DNA of 64,000 nucleotides from Macrostomum lignano (Eukaryota), in the NCBI GenBank assembly GCA_002269645.1, contig NIVC01000413.1, positions 186,001 through 250,000 of the forward strand, in the 5' to 3' direction. The translations under genes were made by a program, and so were the position numbers. The notes below the pieces were generated by a model. The model was not told where the DNA came from. It made no database searches and saw nothing but the letters and a program-made list of their open reading frames with translations. Shown here piece after piece: positions 62,438 to 64,000 of this stretch. How positions within the stretch are numbered: position 1 is the first letter of the stretch; every line of letters begins with the position of its first letter.

Positions 62438-63270
62438 CTCTCCAAATTCAGTCCCACAAGACGCGTCTCGGACAGCCTCCAGTCTGGCCTGATGCGCGGC
62501 CAGTTTTGCTTCGCACTCGGCCAGCCATTGCGCCTCTCTTCTGACCATCTCGGCTTGAAATTCAGCTTTCAACTCCTGCCTGACCTGATCCATCTCATTA
62601 GTCAGTCGGCTATTATCGGCAGTTAGTTGTTCGCAGCGTTTATTCGCCTCGGCTAATTGTTCTTCTAACCCTACGCTGGACTCAGCACAGGACACTACAG
62701 AATGAGCGATAGCTCGGGATACCTCTAACAATCGACGCGCTTCCTCTTCTTCGGAGGTTGAATTAGTCGTAGTTGGCCTCTCTATTAATACTAATTCGTC
62801 ATTTTTATCAACGCAAGCGACGATGAGATCAGTTTGAGCTTCGCTATGCTCAACTGTTGCCGGCTTTACGGATGATGTCTTTTCTTTTTCTAATTGATTT
62901 TGTAATTCTTTTAATTGCTGCTTGAGCTGAGTCACCTCAGCATTGGCTTTGTCTAATTCTAGCCTCGATGCCATAGACATGGTCGAGCTTGAAGCAGCAA
63001 GTTCCGGGTATTGTTTTGCATTTGATTCGGCTTCATCTTCGTCAGCGAATATATCGTCATCAACTACCGTTAGAGTGGTGAATTTATGGAATTTGCTATT
63101 GCTGCTGGTATTGCGCATCATTCCGCTCGATTGAGGCTGGCGTCCGGGGTGGCCGTTGCTTAGCAACCTGGATGGAGCGTGGCATATCAAAGCGGTGTAG
63201 TTAACTACACGAGAAGAGTAAACAGCCTGATTGGCGTCATAAATCACTTCAAACAGTCCTGTTAAACGAT
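62438..63270 (-). CDS. PCNT: Pericentrin/AKAP9-like, most 5' exon in the window
   Basis: Donor GGA GAG|gtgagg at 62437 (phase 0). Candidate phase-1 acceptors at 63271 (tactag|) and 63260 (tttaacag|); alternatively an ATG near 63122. Confidence 0.75.
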
Positions 63271-63281
63271 CTAGTACCAAG

Positions 63282-63830
63282 GTGACCTTGAAACAAGTTG
63301 CTTAACAACCTAGCTGACCTTGAAACAAGTTGCTTAGCAACCTAGCTGACCTTGAAACAAGGTGATTAGCAACCTAGCTGACCTTGAAACAAGGTGATTA
63401 GCAACCTAGCTGACCTTGAAACAAGGTGATTAGCAACCTAGCTGACCTTGAAACAAGGTGATTAGCAACCTAGTTGACCTTGAAACAAGGTGATTAGCAA
63501 CCTAGCTGACCTTGAAACAGGTGATTAGCAACCTAGCTGACCTTGAAACAAGTTGCTTAACAACCTAGCTGACCTTGAAACAAGGTGATTAGCAACCTAG
63601 CTGACCTTGAAACAAGTTGCTTAACAACCTAGCTGACCTTGAAACAAGGTGATTAGCAACCTAGCTGACCTTGAAACAAGGTGATTAGCAACCTAGCTGA
63701 CCTTGAAACAAGGTGATTAGCAACCTAGCTGACCTTGAAACAAGGTGATTAGCAACCTAGCTGACCTTGAAACAAGGTGATTAGCAACCTAGCTGACCTT
63801 GAAACAAGGTGCTTAGCAACCTAAGACTAC
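63282..63830. repeat. 32-bp minisatellite gaccttgaaacaaggtgattagcaacctagct
   Basis: About 17 copies. Confidence 0.95.
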
Positions 63831-64000
63831 CTTGAGGTAACCTGATTAGCAACCTAGATGGCCTTTAAATCGCCAGTTTAGCAACTTAGATAACTGTGAA
63901 AAAGGCCAAAACGACCTTAATAAAACCCGCTTAGTAATATAGACGACCTTGAACAAAAACCTAGATTACTTTCAAAAGTTTAAATGACTTTGAAAATAGC

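Overview
Eukaryotic genomic DNA with GC-rich exons and AT-rich or minisatellite-filled introns. It is most consistent with the flatworm Macrostomum lignano, which is an inference from composition only. From left to right the window holds: (1) the 3' end of an RTE-type non-LTR retrotransposon with a (GTT)n tail; (2) a complete but decayed P-superfamily THAP transposon (6146-9851, 44-bp TIRs) with an internal deletion and a young tRNA-derived SINE with a 16-bp TSD; (3) a TMEM60-like gene and a 3-exon DHHC palmitoyltransferase on the minus strand; (4) a possible non-autonomous Helitron; (5) a single-exon secreted Tyr/His/Gly/Arg-rich orphan peptide gene; (6) a piggyBac remnant; (7) a pericentrin/AKAP9-like coiled-coil gene with a PACT domain (at least 16 exons, 35105-63270, minus strand, about 2,440 aa in the window, 5' end probably outside it). 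Almost every intron of the pericentrin-like gene carries its own tandem repeat. One intron has a GC donor. One 33-bp array is an in-phase open frame that could be an alternative PACT-less terminal exon. Four single-base homopolymer indels break reading frames, so this is either long-read consensus error or a decaying duplicate. Most long ORFs in the supplied track are artefacts of tandem repeats. No CRISPR, rRNA or intact tRNA was seen.
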